A DNA stretch of 32,000 bases from Candidatus Poseidoniaceae archaeon (GCA_943789275.1 CALSTM010000001.1:60001-92000), one strand, 5' to 3'; numbered from the stretch's first letter, positions 10,401-19,117 are shown. Notes: generated from the letters alone by a model not told the origin. A program made the numbers and translations.

Positions 10401-10850
10401 CCACACCGAATCACGGCAGGCTTGGTTGAAGTTGCCCATTCCATAGGCTTCAATGGCTTCTCTGGACATTAAATCCATTCGCTTTTGGACTTCAATTTCA
10501 ACAGGAAGTCCGTGGGTATCCCAGCCTCCTTTACGCTCAACACGGAATCCTTCCATGGTTTTCCAACGGCAGACTAAATCTTTGTAGGCACGTGCAACAA
10601 CATGGTGAATGCCGGGCTTTCCGTTTGCAGTTGGCGGCCCTTCGAGGAAAATAAATTGGGCGCCGTTGGCGTTGGAATCGATGGATGCACGGAATGCTTG
10701 TTCTTGCTTCCATGTCTCCAATAACGCAGTCTCGAGAGTGACAGCATCGAGTTCACCTGCTGATTGAGGACGTGCCATAGCCATGCGAGAAGCGTTTTTG
10801 TCTTGAACCTCACCCCTCTCAATGGTGGCATCCTGTGTTTCTTTTGGCAT
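7491..10850 (-). CDS. ileS: Isoleucine--tRNA ligase (class I, long type-2 form)
   Basis: Motifs: HIGH-region PPTANGKPGIHHVVARAYKD, GWDTHGLPVEIEV, and KMSKS loop GKKMSKSRGN; ~1,100 aa. Start is ambiguous: GTG 10859, ATG 10850 or ATG 10784 (MAMARPQS...). The last would leave a more usual ~15 residues before the conserved LE..LL..W helix. Confidence 0.95.
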   Translation of the reverse strand: MPKETQDATIERGEVQDKNASRMAMARPQSAGELDAVTLETALLETWKQEQAFRASIDSNANGAQFIFLEGPPTANGKPGIHHVVARAYKDLVCRWKTMEGFRVERKGGWDTHGLPVEIEVQKRMDLMSREAIEAYGMGNFNQACRDSVWTYESAWREMTERMAYWVDLDNPYVTLDNNYVESCWWAMKQMFDKGLLYRGHKVLPYCPQTGTSYSSHEVALGYKEVEEPSVYVKFKLIDDNASILAWTTTPWTLPGNVGLAVGPEVTYVRVRITEQAENWIGAGGASDGEEVILAKDLMKDVLRHNVEIIEEFTGSHLVGRAYEPLFPDAVPRGESTTAWTVLEADWVTTTDGTGVVHTAVMYGEDDYNLGMDAGLPAYHTVGMDGAFLTGTHPQLDGRYVKECDQTVIELLSARGGSNGKGPESGLLYREKSYLHDYPHCWRTDHPLLYYAMDSWFVRMTAVKERLLEFNDGVEWAPDWVGEGRFGEWLRNVKDWAISRERYWGTPLPVWRDEEGNMKCIGSISELQNEVAKAVAAGFENPDCPDDVDLHRPVVDGYTLVSDDGKPMQREPFVMDCWFDSGCAPFAQWHYPFEGKETFDASFPVDYICEGVDQTRGWFYTLLAVSTTVFDQPAYKRCLSLGLILDAEGKKMSKSRGNIVDPWDHFNREGADATRWYMVTAGAPWNPLKFDSNGVRETYAKMFLTLWNVYKFHADYAALDGFDPEQSTSDVASRSSLDRWILSRLATTANSYHADFKQWNFHKACRDLEEFIVNDVSNWYVRRSRRRLWDDAETSDKVSCQHTLHEILTTVCRLVAPVSPFMVDVIHRNLTGETVHQAAWPLGIPGSLEGATADAWDEEAAAATANLPPQDLSLESTMALVRELAEVGRRIRVEAGRRQRLPCAQGWIVSGPEMAEFHDILAEELNVESIEVESDLDRFQQIELAPNFRALAPKARSEVNAVAGEIKNAEDPTAMLASIQAGTCEILGVAIEEGDVEIRRIEREGFAASTVTIGQGEEAQQISLVLDMNDTPDLLSKGLARDITRRIQAMRKDLNLAIEATIEVEIWTQNAPEMFEQDRQWIVTETRAAAAIFHSDSDEAGTDAEHFDVDGTTVWFTVQ

Positions 10851-10913
10851 CGATTTCACGGCATGCCGTCGAAATACGGTAGGGTATGTTTCAAATCGTT
10901 AGACCGCTACGGA

Positions 10914-13900
10914 ATGTTGATGTCGGGAGGTTATCGCTTGAAATGGATATGTTTTCTCATATTGTTTTTGATGTTGACCGGACCACTGAGTACATTTCTT
11001 GAATCAACTGCGTATGATTCGGACGCAGATGAGCTTGGCGAATCTCACGCCTCGTTTGCATCCGGTGGGGACCCTGCATCTCAGTTGTTTTTAGACGGCT
11101 CAGGGATTTACTCAGACGAATTCACACTTGATGTTCCTTCATCTCAGCCTGTTTCGAATGTTCATCTTTCCATGTCGCCTGGAATCGAGCCATCATCAAA
11201 CGGCTTGACGTGGAGTGGCTCTTCAGCATGGGGTCACAGTGATGCGGTTAGTGACGGTGCAACGGTTGATACTGACGGCTTTTTGACCGGTTCTCGCGCT
11301 GGAACTCTATGGGACTTTAACAACGGCCTTCAGGGATGGACCGTATCGAGTTCCACCTATGTGAGCCGCTACACAAACACGTGTGGAGTTAACGGCACCT
11401 CTGGTGGTTCAATCAAAACACAAGCCCCCTCGGCGTCGTCTTCAGAGCATGCGACTTCCCCAGCCATCAACTTAGCCGGAGCAAACGCAGTACCGATTCA
11501 CATTTGGATTCGGCAAGGGTCCTCCAGTTGCGGAGAAGAACCTGACACCAACGAAGACCTTCAACTTCGGTACAAGACCGCTTCTGGCTCATGGACAACG
11601 CTCCAAACCTGGCTTGGTAACACATACAATCAACCTCCATTGCAGTGGTCTGGAACGCTACCTGCCGCTGCATTGCATTCGACCACCCAAATCCGGATGC
11701 TGCAGACGGGTGGGACCGGTTCGTCGTTCGATTACTGGTTCTTCGACGATGTTCGTATTGCCTCACCACCTGTTTCAAACTGGACCAGCCCGAGCGTCGG
11801 TTGGTCTTCCTCTTCGTCCTTCCAAGTGGCCCAAACAACCTATGCACCAATGAACATCGATGCTTATGTTCCTGCAGATGCATCTCTAAACTGGACCGTT
11901 CTCGATGCCAACGGTGTTGAAATTCCCGGCTTTACTGGTTCGAACACCTTCACTGTTCCGCTGCATCTTCTGGATGAATCCGTTCACGATTCAATTCGTA
12001 TTCGCCTCTCTCTTTCGGCTGCCTCGAATGGAATACTGCCAATTGTGTACTCAATTACTGGCGACGGGTCAATGACGACCAGGTATTCCGAATGGCAAAA
12101 CCTCAGTAATTCCGAGTCAATGTGCGGAGCAAACGGTCAATTCACCGCTTACGGTTCTGCAACTTCAGTGGATATTCTCGATGATGGGTGGGCATACCTT
12201 GCATCTTCTTCAGTTGCAACGACCAGTTCTTATGGTACCGGCTTAACCGTTCAAACCAGCCCTTCCCCATACATTTTGAATGAAGTGGACTTGATTTCAG
12301 GTGTAACTTCAGTTGGTTCTCTTTACTCCAGTTCCAGCGCAGGTCGAGCGACCAGTGGAGGAAACGGCACTGGCTTGACCGTCAGCACGGCTGCAACTCC
12401 CGTCACTTCCGGTATTGTGAGCGGTTCAAATCTTTATCTGGGCGGCACTGGCTACACTTCACAAATCATCTCTCCGAACGGTGGAAGCGGTTCAGGTCTT
12501 CAGGTCCAAACAACGGCTTCAGCCATTACTGGCTCAGGCGCAGTTTCCCTCTACTCCTCGTTGAATGGAGGCACAGGATACACTTCATCGAACAACGTCG
12601 CATTGAGCGGCGGCAACGGTAGCGGCTTGAAAATCGACTATACTGCCAGTCCGATCATCACTGGAATTCCAACCTCGTATTCCCTTCTTAACGGTGGAAC
12701 GAATTATTCAACGACGAGTTTTGCTTTCACCAGCGGCGGTTCTGGCTCAGGTCTACGCGTTAGTATTGATTCGGTTTCCAGTGGCGCAATCACTTCAATT
12801 TCCATCATCAGTGGCGGTTCAGGTTACGGCTTCTTCGATAAACTCTTCATTTCAGGGGGTGACGCTGATGCCTACTTTTACGCCTCAGGGCTCACCGAAT
12901 CCGGTGGCGCAATCACTTCGTTATCGTTCAGCACACCTGGCCTCAATTACGACGTCGGCGATGTCATCAACATACCAGGTGGTGACAGTAACTCAAACTT
13001 CACCGTACTTGATACAAACCGCCAAGGTGGTACCATCACTGGCTATACCGTTCTCAACAACGGTTCGGGGTATGCGGTGAACGACCTGATCACACTCTCA
13101 GGTGGAGACTTCAACGCCCGTCTCGAAGTCGATTCAGTCTACGCCATTGGTGGTAATCTCACTTCAGTATCGATTGTCGGACGAGGTTCAGGTTACTCCG
13201 TTGGTGACCAGGTGACCGTCTCCGGTGGAATCGGTGGAACGTTTACCGTACAAGCCGTACGAAACTGGGGCGGCGAACTCCTTTCCCCGGTGATTCAAAA
13301 CGGTGGACAACATTATTCGGTCGGAGATGAGGTCACGGTGGCAGGTGGCGCACAGAACGGAACACTGATGGTCTTAGAAATCGATAACGTTGGCTATCGC
13401 GGTGACTCAAGTTGCTTGGTGACAATGGATTCACGACAACTTGTCGCTCCAGCATCTCGAGTGACGGGTAGCGTTACGGGTTCAAACGTTGAACTTCAGA
13501 TGTGGAACTCAAGTAATGCATCATGGATGGTCGTGCCAAATATGGGTGCTTTTGATTATTCATCCACGACTCCGCTGTATGAACTCCAGTTCCGTCTGGT
13601 TCCGCTGAATTCTTCGCTTCCATATTGGACCGTTGAGTCGTTCGATTCCTTCGTTCACTACGGCGAAGTAGCCAGCAATCCCCGAATTGATTTCAACGAC
13701 GACGAGGACTTTGAATGGGGTGCTGATTTCTCGAGCATTGGGACATGGGGCTGGCAGGACCTTTTCTCCAACGGCAACAAGAGTATTTCTGAATCTGTAG
13801 GCTCATCGGGTTATGCATCAACGACTCTTCTTATCCCTCAAGCTGATTTACATTCGTTCTCCTTCGGTGCTTTGACCGAAGAACCGACCATCACGAGTTA

Positions 13901-16900
13901 CACACTTCTCTATCAATCGCAAACCATCGCATCTGGAACGGTACCAGAGACATCGCTCTTGCATGTTGAATTGAATCAATCGGTCCGTGACAACATCGAA
14001 CAATCGGTTGCTGGTCAAGGCGGTTTGAACCATCTCGGCACTCTCTTCATCGAGGTTGAACTTGAAGTCTATGCATCATCAACCGTCGAGTTTGGTGGCC
14101 TCTTGGTGACCTACGCAGCCCAAGCATCACAAACTTTCGCATCAGATTCATCCTTTGTCCTCAACCTCAACGATGCTCGCCGAATGCTGCCTCTTGTCGG
14201 TGGGATGCATGAGATTCCGTTGCCTTTGACCGCCACTCAAAAGGGAGGGCTTATTGTCGAACTGCTCGGTCTCAATTCCTCATCGACCGTGGTTTTGAAC
14301 AGTGCAACGATTGACCCTGAGGTTGATATTCTCACACCGAGTCAGCGCTGGAGAACCATCAGTATGTCGTATTCAGTCATCGGCGTTGCTCCAAGTTCCA
14401 TCCGTCTTGATGTGCTTGATGAGGACCATCACGCAACGTGGACGGTTCCAGTCTCGGGAGCTACACCGTTTGGAACCGGTGATTCTGAACTTATTGCCCT
14501 GCATCCAACCGATGCAATCTCTTTCAATCAGTCTGGGTCAAGTGTTCTTGTCGATTTGAAATTCCGTATCTTACCGGCATGGGACGATACAGATACAATG
14601 AAAATCACCACACGATTGCAACTCTCGAATACGGTATACTCAATGCCAAGCACCTTTACCTACGGTATTTTTGGTAACCAAGCCTATGAAAATGATTTGA
14701 CTCTGAACCGATTGACCTTCACGAATGTTGACCAGAACGCCATTTTGGATTCTTCGGATTATTATCTCCTGCCGTATACAAAGTTGAACATTTCCACTTT
14801 TGTCGGATTTGAAAACGTCTCTACAATAGATGCTTTCATGGATGGAGAAGGTCTGCTTTCGTTGTATAGAGGTGATGTTCTTGTGGCGAATACCACGGTT
14901 CTTGACGAAAACGTTTGGACCTATATCGATACCGTTCCGTTCACTTACGGACCACTCACATGGCGTTTAGAACTCACTTCAGAGAACGGTTCAGTTCACC
15001 CTGATTTCGCCGTACTCGAGCGAACATTCCACATCGACACCATCTCTCCTCGGGTACTTGAAGTCAACATGGACCGGTACGACCACCGTATGCCGTCAAC
15101 AACGCAAACGGTTCAAATTCAAATTTCGGACCAACCAATTCTTCCAACCAATATCCAGGCCATGGTATGGAGAGAATGGTTTGACGATGCGAATTCAAAC
15201 CAGTGGCCGGATGAGGGTGAATATCAACCTATGTCGCTGTTCACTCCAAACGATTTGAGCCCACTGATTGGTCAATACACCTTCATGATGGACGATACCG
15301 GTGGTAGCCTTGGACAGAAAGTTTCTGTTTACTTAACCGGTGCTGATGATGCGGGACATCCTTTGGAATTCGGAGGTTCGGACATGGAGGATGAGCACCT
15401 CTTCATGTACCAATTGGCTGTTGACGGCGCTCCAAGCGTTGCTTCGAACGCCTTCTCGTACACCGACGGAAAGAACCCTTGGCTTCATCCTCAGATGCCT
15501 TACACGTTTAATGTCGAACTCACTGAACCAAACGGTGGTTCTGACCTTACGACGGTCATTGTTGAACTTGCCTCCAATCAAGGCAGTGACTCGTTACCGA
15601 TTCGTTGGGATTTCGCTACTGGGAATTGTACAACAACCAGTCCTCATGTTTTGATTGATGACTGCCAAATGCTCGGCACCGATGGACCTGCAGACCCTTA
15701 TGAGACGGATTTAACTCTCAATGTGGATTTCATGCTCGCATGGACAACACCGGATTTGGGGGAAACTCGACGAGAGCCTGGAATCCGCGTGATGGACCGA
15801 GCAGGACAGGAAGTTTTCCGTGCATTCCCTGAACACCGATGGCGTTTCTCAGCAGCTCTTGAGGTGCCTGAAGAAAGCGTTTCACTTATCCTTTCACAGG
15901 GTGCATTGCTCGGCGACGGTGCAAGGTTAGCACCGAGTAGCCCGTTTGAAATTGCTGGCGGCGTTGTCTTTTCAGAGACCGGAACGGTTCCAGATTTCGA
16001 CTGTCAAATCGACCTCCTCTTTTCAGGTTCCTCAACTTCGGCCAGTTCTCTTGATGGCATTTGGTCTGTAGCGTTACAGGCGCCGTCAACAACCCAAACC
16101 ATTCCTTTGACGTGGAGCGTTGGTTGTCTCGAAGGCCAAGGCATTGATGCTACTGACCAAGTGAATGCTGTGCGGTGGATCATCGTCGACGGTACGGGAC
16201 CTGAGCCAGTTGAGGTCTCGAATCCACGCCCATTTTCGGTTCTTGAACCAGAATCACATGAAGTGAAGATCTTAATTTCTGAAGCGGGAGGTTTGGACGT
16301 TGAATCTCTTGAACTGGTTTGGTGGGTCGAAGAGAAAGCAACCGGTGACCGACTGCGTGACGGTGTTGAACCACTGAATTTGCTTGGCACCGATATCTCA
16401 GGGCTACGGTTGGAAGTCGTCGGTTCATTTGACTTGAGTGGAGTCACGAGTGAGATGCTTGAGAACCGCCTTTCAGTACACATTTACGTCACAGGACGCG
16501 ACCTTGCAGGAAACGAAGTTCTCGGTCTTGGCGGTACCGAACCCGGTTCGCCGGTCGGTGTATGGGACATGGTTTGGCTCAAACCTGAGTTTGAATTACA
16601 GAGTACTTCCATCACTTATTCTCGATACCTGATTGAACTTGGACAAACTTCCATTGTCACAGCCTATGTCGAAAATACCGGTACATTGGATGGTTCTGTT
16701 GAAGTCATCTTCACTGAGGTATTGGCAGACGGCACCCGTTCAAATCTACAAAGAATCACCGTAGAAATTCCTCAAGGAGGTATTGTTCCTGTCGCTACCG
16801 ATTGGAACCCTTCGCAAACAGGCTTGCAATGGGTTGAAGTTCAAATTGAAGGTGATTTAAGTTCGATGGGTCCATCGATTGATGTTCGCCCTCAGCGCGA

Positions 16901-17294
16901 AGTATCGTTCTCGGAGCAAGTCTTTGGCGATGTTCATCCTCTTCTGGGTAGTTTAGCGGCACTGCTGTTCGTATCCATCATTACAACAGGTCTTCTCTGG
17001 GCGCGCCGCAAGACCCTCAACAGAGGTTCGAAATCGGAATACGACTGGGATGAATATTCCTCTGAACTCGAAGAGGAATACGATGATGAAGATGAAGACG
17101 ATGAGGAAACCCTCGCTGAATCAACGGCTGAAACTGCAGCAGTAACCGCCGCAGTGAGCAAAGACACACCTTCTTCAAACACCGTAGAAACAGACTGGGT
17201 GATGGGCTCCGATGGTTACTGGTGGTACCATGACAAGGAAGCCAATGAATGGTGGTACAAGAACGCTGAAGGCGAGATTGTTCAGCACAAGTAA
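10914..17294 (+). CDS. Giant (~2,127 aa) cell-surface protein: signal anchor, jelly-roll/MAM-like domain, GGxGY tandem repeats, Ig-like (DxAGN-type) and CARDB-like modules, C-terminal TM anchor, acidic cytoplasmic tail
   Basis: Uninterrupted ORF. Start re-called to ATG 10914 (MLMSGGYRLKWICFLILFLMLTGPL), because the track's TTG 10764 overlaps the ileS 5' end. FDYWFFDDVRI ends a MAM/jelly-roll-like segment (weak call). YLTGADDAGHPL and YVTGRDLAGNEV are Ig-like domain ends. VTAYVENTGTLDGSVEVIF is a CARDB-like strand. The TM segment is LLGSLAALLFVSIITTGLLW, followed by ARRK. Confidence 0.85.
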   Translation: MLMSGGYRLKWICFLILFLMLTGPLSTFLESTAYDSDADELGESHASFASGGDPASQLFLDGSGIYSDEFTLDVPSSQPVSNVHLSMSPGIEPSSNGLTWSGSSAWGHSDAVSDGATVDTDGFLTGSRAGTLWDFNNGLQGWTVSSSTYVSRYTNTCGVNGTSGGSIKTQAPSASSSEHATSPAINLAGANAVPIHIWIRQGSSSCGEEPDTNEDLQLRYKTASGSWTTLQTWLGNTYNQPPLQWSGTLPAAALHSTTQIRMLQTGGTGSSFDYWFFDDVRIASPPVSNWTSPSVGWSSSSSFQVAQTTYAPMNIDAYVPADASLNWTVLDANGVEIPGFTGSNTFTVPLHLLDESVHDSIRIRLSLSAASNGILPIVYSITGDGSMTTRYSEWQNLSNSESMCGANGQFTAYGSATSVDILDDGWAYLASSSVATTSSYGTGLTVQTSPSPYILNEVDLISGVTSVGSLYSSSSAGRATSGGNGTGLTVSTAATPVTSGIVSGSNLYLGGTGYTSQIISPNGGSGSGLQVQTTASAITGSGAVSLYSSLNGGTGYTSSNNVALSGGNGSGLKIDYTASPIITGIPTSYSLLNGGTNYSTTSFAFTSGGSGSGLRVSIDSVSSGAITSISIISGGSGYGFFDKLFISGGDADAYFYASGLTESGGAITSLSFSTPGLNYDVGDVINIPGGDSNSNFTVLDTNRQGGTITGYTVLNNGSGYAVNDLITLSGGDFNARLEVDSVYAIGGNLTSVSIVGRGSGYSVGDQVTVSGGIGGTFTVQAVRNWGGELLSPVIQNGGQHYSVGDEVTVAGGAQNGTLMVLEIDNVGYRGDSSCLVTMDSRQLVAPASRVTGSVTGSNVELQMWNSSNASWMVVPNMGAFDYSSTTPLYELQFRLVPLNSSLPYWTVESFDSFVHYGEVASNPRIDFNDDEDFEWGADFSSIGTWGWQDLFSNGNKSISESVGSSGYASTTLLIPQADLHSFSFGALTEEPTITSYTLLYQSQTIASGTVPETSLLHVELNQSVRDNIEQSVAGQGGLNHLGTLFIEVELEVYASSTVEFGGLLVTYAAQASQTFASDSSFVLNLNDARRMLPLVGGMHEIPLPLTATQKGGLIVELLGLNSSSTVVLNSATIDPEVDILTPSQRWRTISMSYSVIGVAPSSIRLDVLDEDHHATWTVPVSGATPFGTGDSELIALHPTDAISFNQSGSSVLVDLKFRILPAWDDTDTMKITTRLQLSNTVYSMPSTFTYGIFGNQAYENDLTLNRLTFTNVDQNAILDSSDYYLLPYTKLNISTFVGFENVSTIDAFMDGEGLLSLYRGDVLVANTTVLDENVWTYIDTVPFTYGPLTWRLELTSENGSVHPDFAVLERTFHIDTISPRVLEVNMDRYDHRMPSTTQTVQIQISDQPILPTNIQAMVWREWFDDANSNQWPDEGEYQPMSLFTPNDLSPLIGQYTFMMDDTGGSLGQKVSVYLTGADDAGHPLEFGGSDMEDEHLFMYQLAVDGAPSVASNAFSYTDGKNPWLHPQMPYTFNVELTEPNGGSDLTTVIVELASNQGSDSLPIRWDFATGNCTTTSPHVLIDDCQMLGTDGPADPYETDLTLNVDFMLAWTTPDLGETRREPGIRVMDRAGQEVFRAFPEHRWRFSAALEVPEESVSLILSQGALLGDGARLAPSSPFEIAGGVVFSETGTVPDFDCQIDLLFSGSSTSASSLDGIWSVALQAPSTTQTIPLTWSVGCLEGQGIDATDQVNAVRWIIVDGTGPEPVEVSNPRPFSVLEPESHEVKILISEAGGLDVESLELVWWVEEKATGDRLRDGVEPLNLLGTDISGLRLEVVGSFDLSGVTSEMLENRLSVHIYVTGRDLAGNEVLGLGGTEPGSPVGVWDMVWLKPEFELQSTSITYSRYLIELGQTSIVTAYVENTGTLDGSVEVIFTEVLADGTRSNLQRITVEIPQGGIVPVATDWNPSQTGLQWVEVQIEGDLSSMGPSIDVRPQREVSFSEQVFGDVHPLLGSLAALLFVSIITTGLLWARRKTLNRGSKSEYDWDEYSSELEEEYDDEDEDDEETLAESTAETAAVTAAVSKDTPSSNTVETDWVMGSDGYWWYHDKEANEWWYKNAEGEIVQHK
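12219..13394 (+). repeat. About 9-10 tandem degenerate ~40-aa (~120-nt) protein repeats with an SGG-x-G-SGL-x-V ... G-A-ITS-x-S ... GG(S/T)GY pattern, inside the giant surface protein
   Basis: Read from the translation. Example units: TSGGNGTGLTVSTAATPVTSGIVSGSNLYLGGTGYTSQIIS, PNGGSGSGLQVQTTASAITGSGAVSLYSSLNGGTGYTSSNNVAL, SGGSGSGLRVSIDSVSSGAITSISIISGGSGYGFFDKLFI, SGGDFNARLEVDSVYAIGGNLTSVSIVGRGSGYSVGDQVTV, SGGIGGTFTVQAVRNWGGELLSPVIQNGGQHYSVGDEVTV. Confidence 0.7.
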
Positions 17295-17310
17295 CGGCCG
17301 TGGTGATACG

Positions 17311-19077
17311 ATGAGTCGATGGATTGGTCTTTTGCAAGTTGATCCTACGGTAGGTGATTTGGCAGGGAATGCAGTTCGACTTGAACACCTTGCAGCTCTT
17401 GCCTCGAATCACAGTGCCAACGTCGCCGTTACGACAGAACTCGCCATATCCGGCTACCCGCCACGGGATTTGTTGCTCCAAGAAGAATTCATTTCACTGG
17501 CACAAAAGACCGCAAGTTCACTTCGTGTTGACATTCCTGTTCTGGTCGGCACCCCCATTCTCCCTCAAGCAAAGCGGCAACTTCCCGCAAACGGAGTTGT
17601 ACGTGCAGGCTCTTCGGGTGCGAACCCGAGCGGTGAAGATAATTCACATGTTGTAGCACGCAAGCAACTTCTACCGACCTATGATGTGTTTGATGAGGCC
17701 CGTTACTTTCAACCCGATAATCGCTCAGGGATTGCTCGAACAATCGCCGATCTCAACCTTGGTGTTACGGTTTGTGAAGATGCATGGCAATCTGCGGGAT
17801 TGACGCCCTCGACGTATTCTGCGGACCCTATCGAACATTTGGCTGAATGGGGACGTCAAGGTGTCCTTCTGGATGCAACGGTAAACCTGTCCGCTTCTCC
17901 ATACCATGCAGACAAATTGAGCGCTCGTATCCACGTATGCCGTACGGCAGCAGCGGTACTTGGCCACCCTTTCCTGTTGGCAAATCAGGTTGGAGGTAAC
18001 GATGATTTGTTGTTCGATGGCAACTCGCTAGTGGCTTGGCCTGATGGCCGAGTTGTTGTCGCTCCAGCCTGGCAGGAAGGCGTTTTGATGGTTGATATTG
18101 ACAACGCTGAACACTGCCACTGGGTACCATCAGAATCCTCTGACGCTCTGAACATTGGCTCTGATGCGCTTCGTCAACTTTCACCAGAAGACAACGGTCA
18201 CGAGTACGACAAAGAACTGCTTGAAGACGTGACCGATGCAGTGGTGACTGGACTTTCGGACTATTGCAGGAAATCCGGTATCAATTCAATTGTACTTGGC
18301 CTCTCGGGTGGAATTGACTCTGCTGTTGCAGCATGTGTTGCGGCTGCCGCAGTTGGTCCCGAGAACGTGACTGGTTTGGCAATGCCGAGCCGCCATTCCT
18401 CTCAACATTCCATTGATGATGCGCGACATACTGCAGAATCACTGGGGCTCGTGTTCGACACCATTGAAATCGATACATTCCATGCATCGCTTGAAGCCTC
18501 CATTGGAGAGATGCTTCGAGATGGACATCCAGTCGCCTCAGAAAACCTTCAGGCTCGTTTGCGAGGATTGGTTGTCATGGCTCACGCCAATGCGCAAGGC
18601 CGTATGGCTATAGCAACGGGCAACAAATCCGAAATCGCTCAAGGTTATTGCACACTGTACGGTGACATGGCAGGTGGTTATGCACCTCTTGGTGACCTGT
18701 ACAAAATGCAAGTTTACGGCCTAGCAGATGTGTTTAATGCTCGTGCAGAACAAGCTGGTAAGATTCCTCCAGTCAATGCTTCTACCCGTACAAAGCCTCC
18801 ATCTGCAGAGTTAGCTCCAGACCAAAAAGATGAGGATTCATTGCCTCCTTACCCGACGCTCGATGCGATTCTACACTGCCATATCGAGGAAAGTCTGGAT
18901 GCAGAAGCCATTGCCAACAAGGGCTTTGACCGAGCCACGGTGGTTGAAGTTCTCACTCGATTAGAACACAGTGAACACAAGCGATGGCAGATGTCACCTG
19001 CTCCTCGTGTGTCCAACCGTGCGTTCGGCCAAGGATGGCGCCGTCCTCTTGCTTCTCGTCACGATTGGCGATACTGA
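17311..19077 (+). CDS. nadE: Glutamine-dependent NAD+ synthetase (N-terminal CN-hydrolase/nitrilase domain fused to NAD synthetase PP-loop domain)
   Basis: The nitrilase-type residues sit in VTTELAISGYPPRD and GVTVCEDAW, and the PP-loop is VLGLSGGIDSAV. ATG 17311 is preceded by GGTGAT (17302-17307, anti-SD complementary). The track's 17212 start overlaps the upstream gene. Confidence 0.93.
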   Translation: MSRWIGLLQVDPTVGDLAGNAVRLEHLAALASNHSANVAVTTELAISGYPPRDLLLQEEFISLAQKTASSLRVDIPVLVGTPILPQAKRQLPANGVVRAGSSGANPSGEDNSHVVARKQLLPTYDVFDEARYFQPDNRSGIARTIADLNLGVTVCEDAWQSAGLTPSTYSADPIEHLAEWGRQGVLLDATVNLSASPYHADKLSARIHVCRTAAAVLGHPFLLANQVGGNDDLLFDGNSLVAWPDGRVVVAPAWQEGVLMVDIDNAEHCHWVPSESSDALNIGSDALRQLSPEDNGHEYDKELLEDVTDAVVTGLSDYCRKSGINSIVLGLSGGIDSAVAACVAAAAVGPENVTGLAMPSRHSSQHSIDDARHTAESLGLVFDTIEIDTFHASLEASIGEMLRDGHPVASENLQARLRGLVVMAHANAQGRMAIATGNKSEIAQGYCTLYGDMAGGYAPLGDLYKMQVYGLADVFNARAEQAGKIPPVNASTRTKPPSAELAPDQKDEDSLPPYPTLDAILHCHIEESLDAEAIANKGFDRATVVEVLTRLEHSEHKRWQMSPAPRVSNRAFGQGWRRPLASRHDWRY

Positions 19078-19117
19078 GTTCGGAATAAATCAAAAGGCCG
19101 AGGTTGGTCGTTTCGCC

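Noticed and set aside
10764-10913. 5' extension of the giant-gene ORF in the track (TTG start, MRTCHSHARS...)
   Set aside because: It overlaps the ileS N-terminal coding region on the opposite strand and has non-protein-like sequence. The signal anchor begins just after ATG 10914.
16934-17182. Antisense ORF with a poly-Ser run (SSSSSSSSYSSSSSEEYSS)
   Set aside because: It is the reverse-complement shadow of the GAA/GAT-rich acidic-tail coding sequence of the giant protein.
17212-17310. 5' extension of nadE overlapping the end of the giant gene
   Set aside because: The conserved CN-hydrolase N-terminus (MSRWIGLLQVDP...) starts at ATG 17311, which has an SD-like GGTGAT upstream.
18971-19117. 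5' extension of trhO overlapping the nadE 3' end
   Set aside because: The family-typical N-terminus begins at ATG 19118. The extension is an alternate-frame read of nadE.
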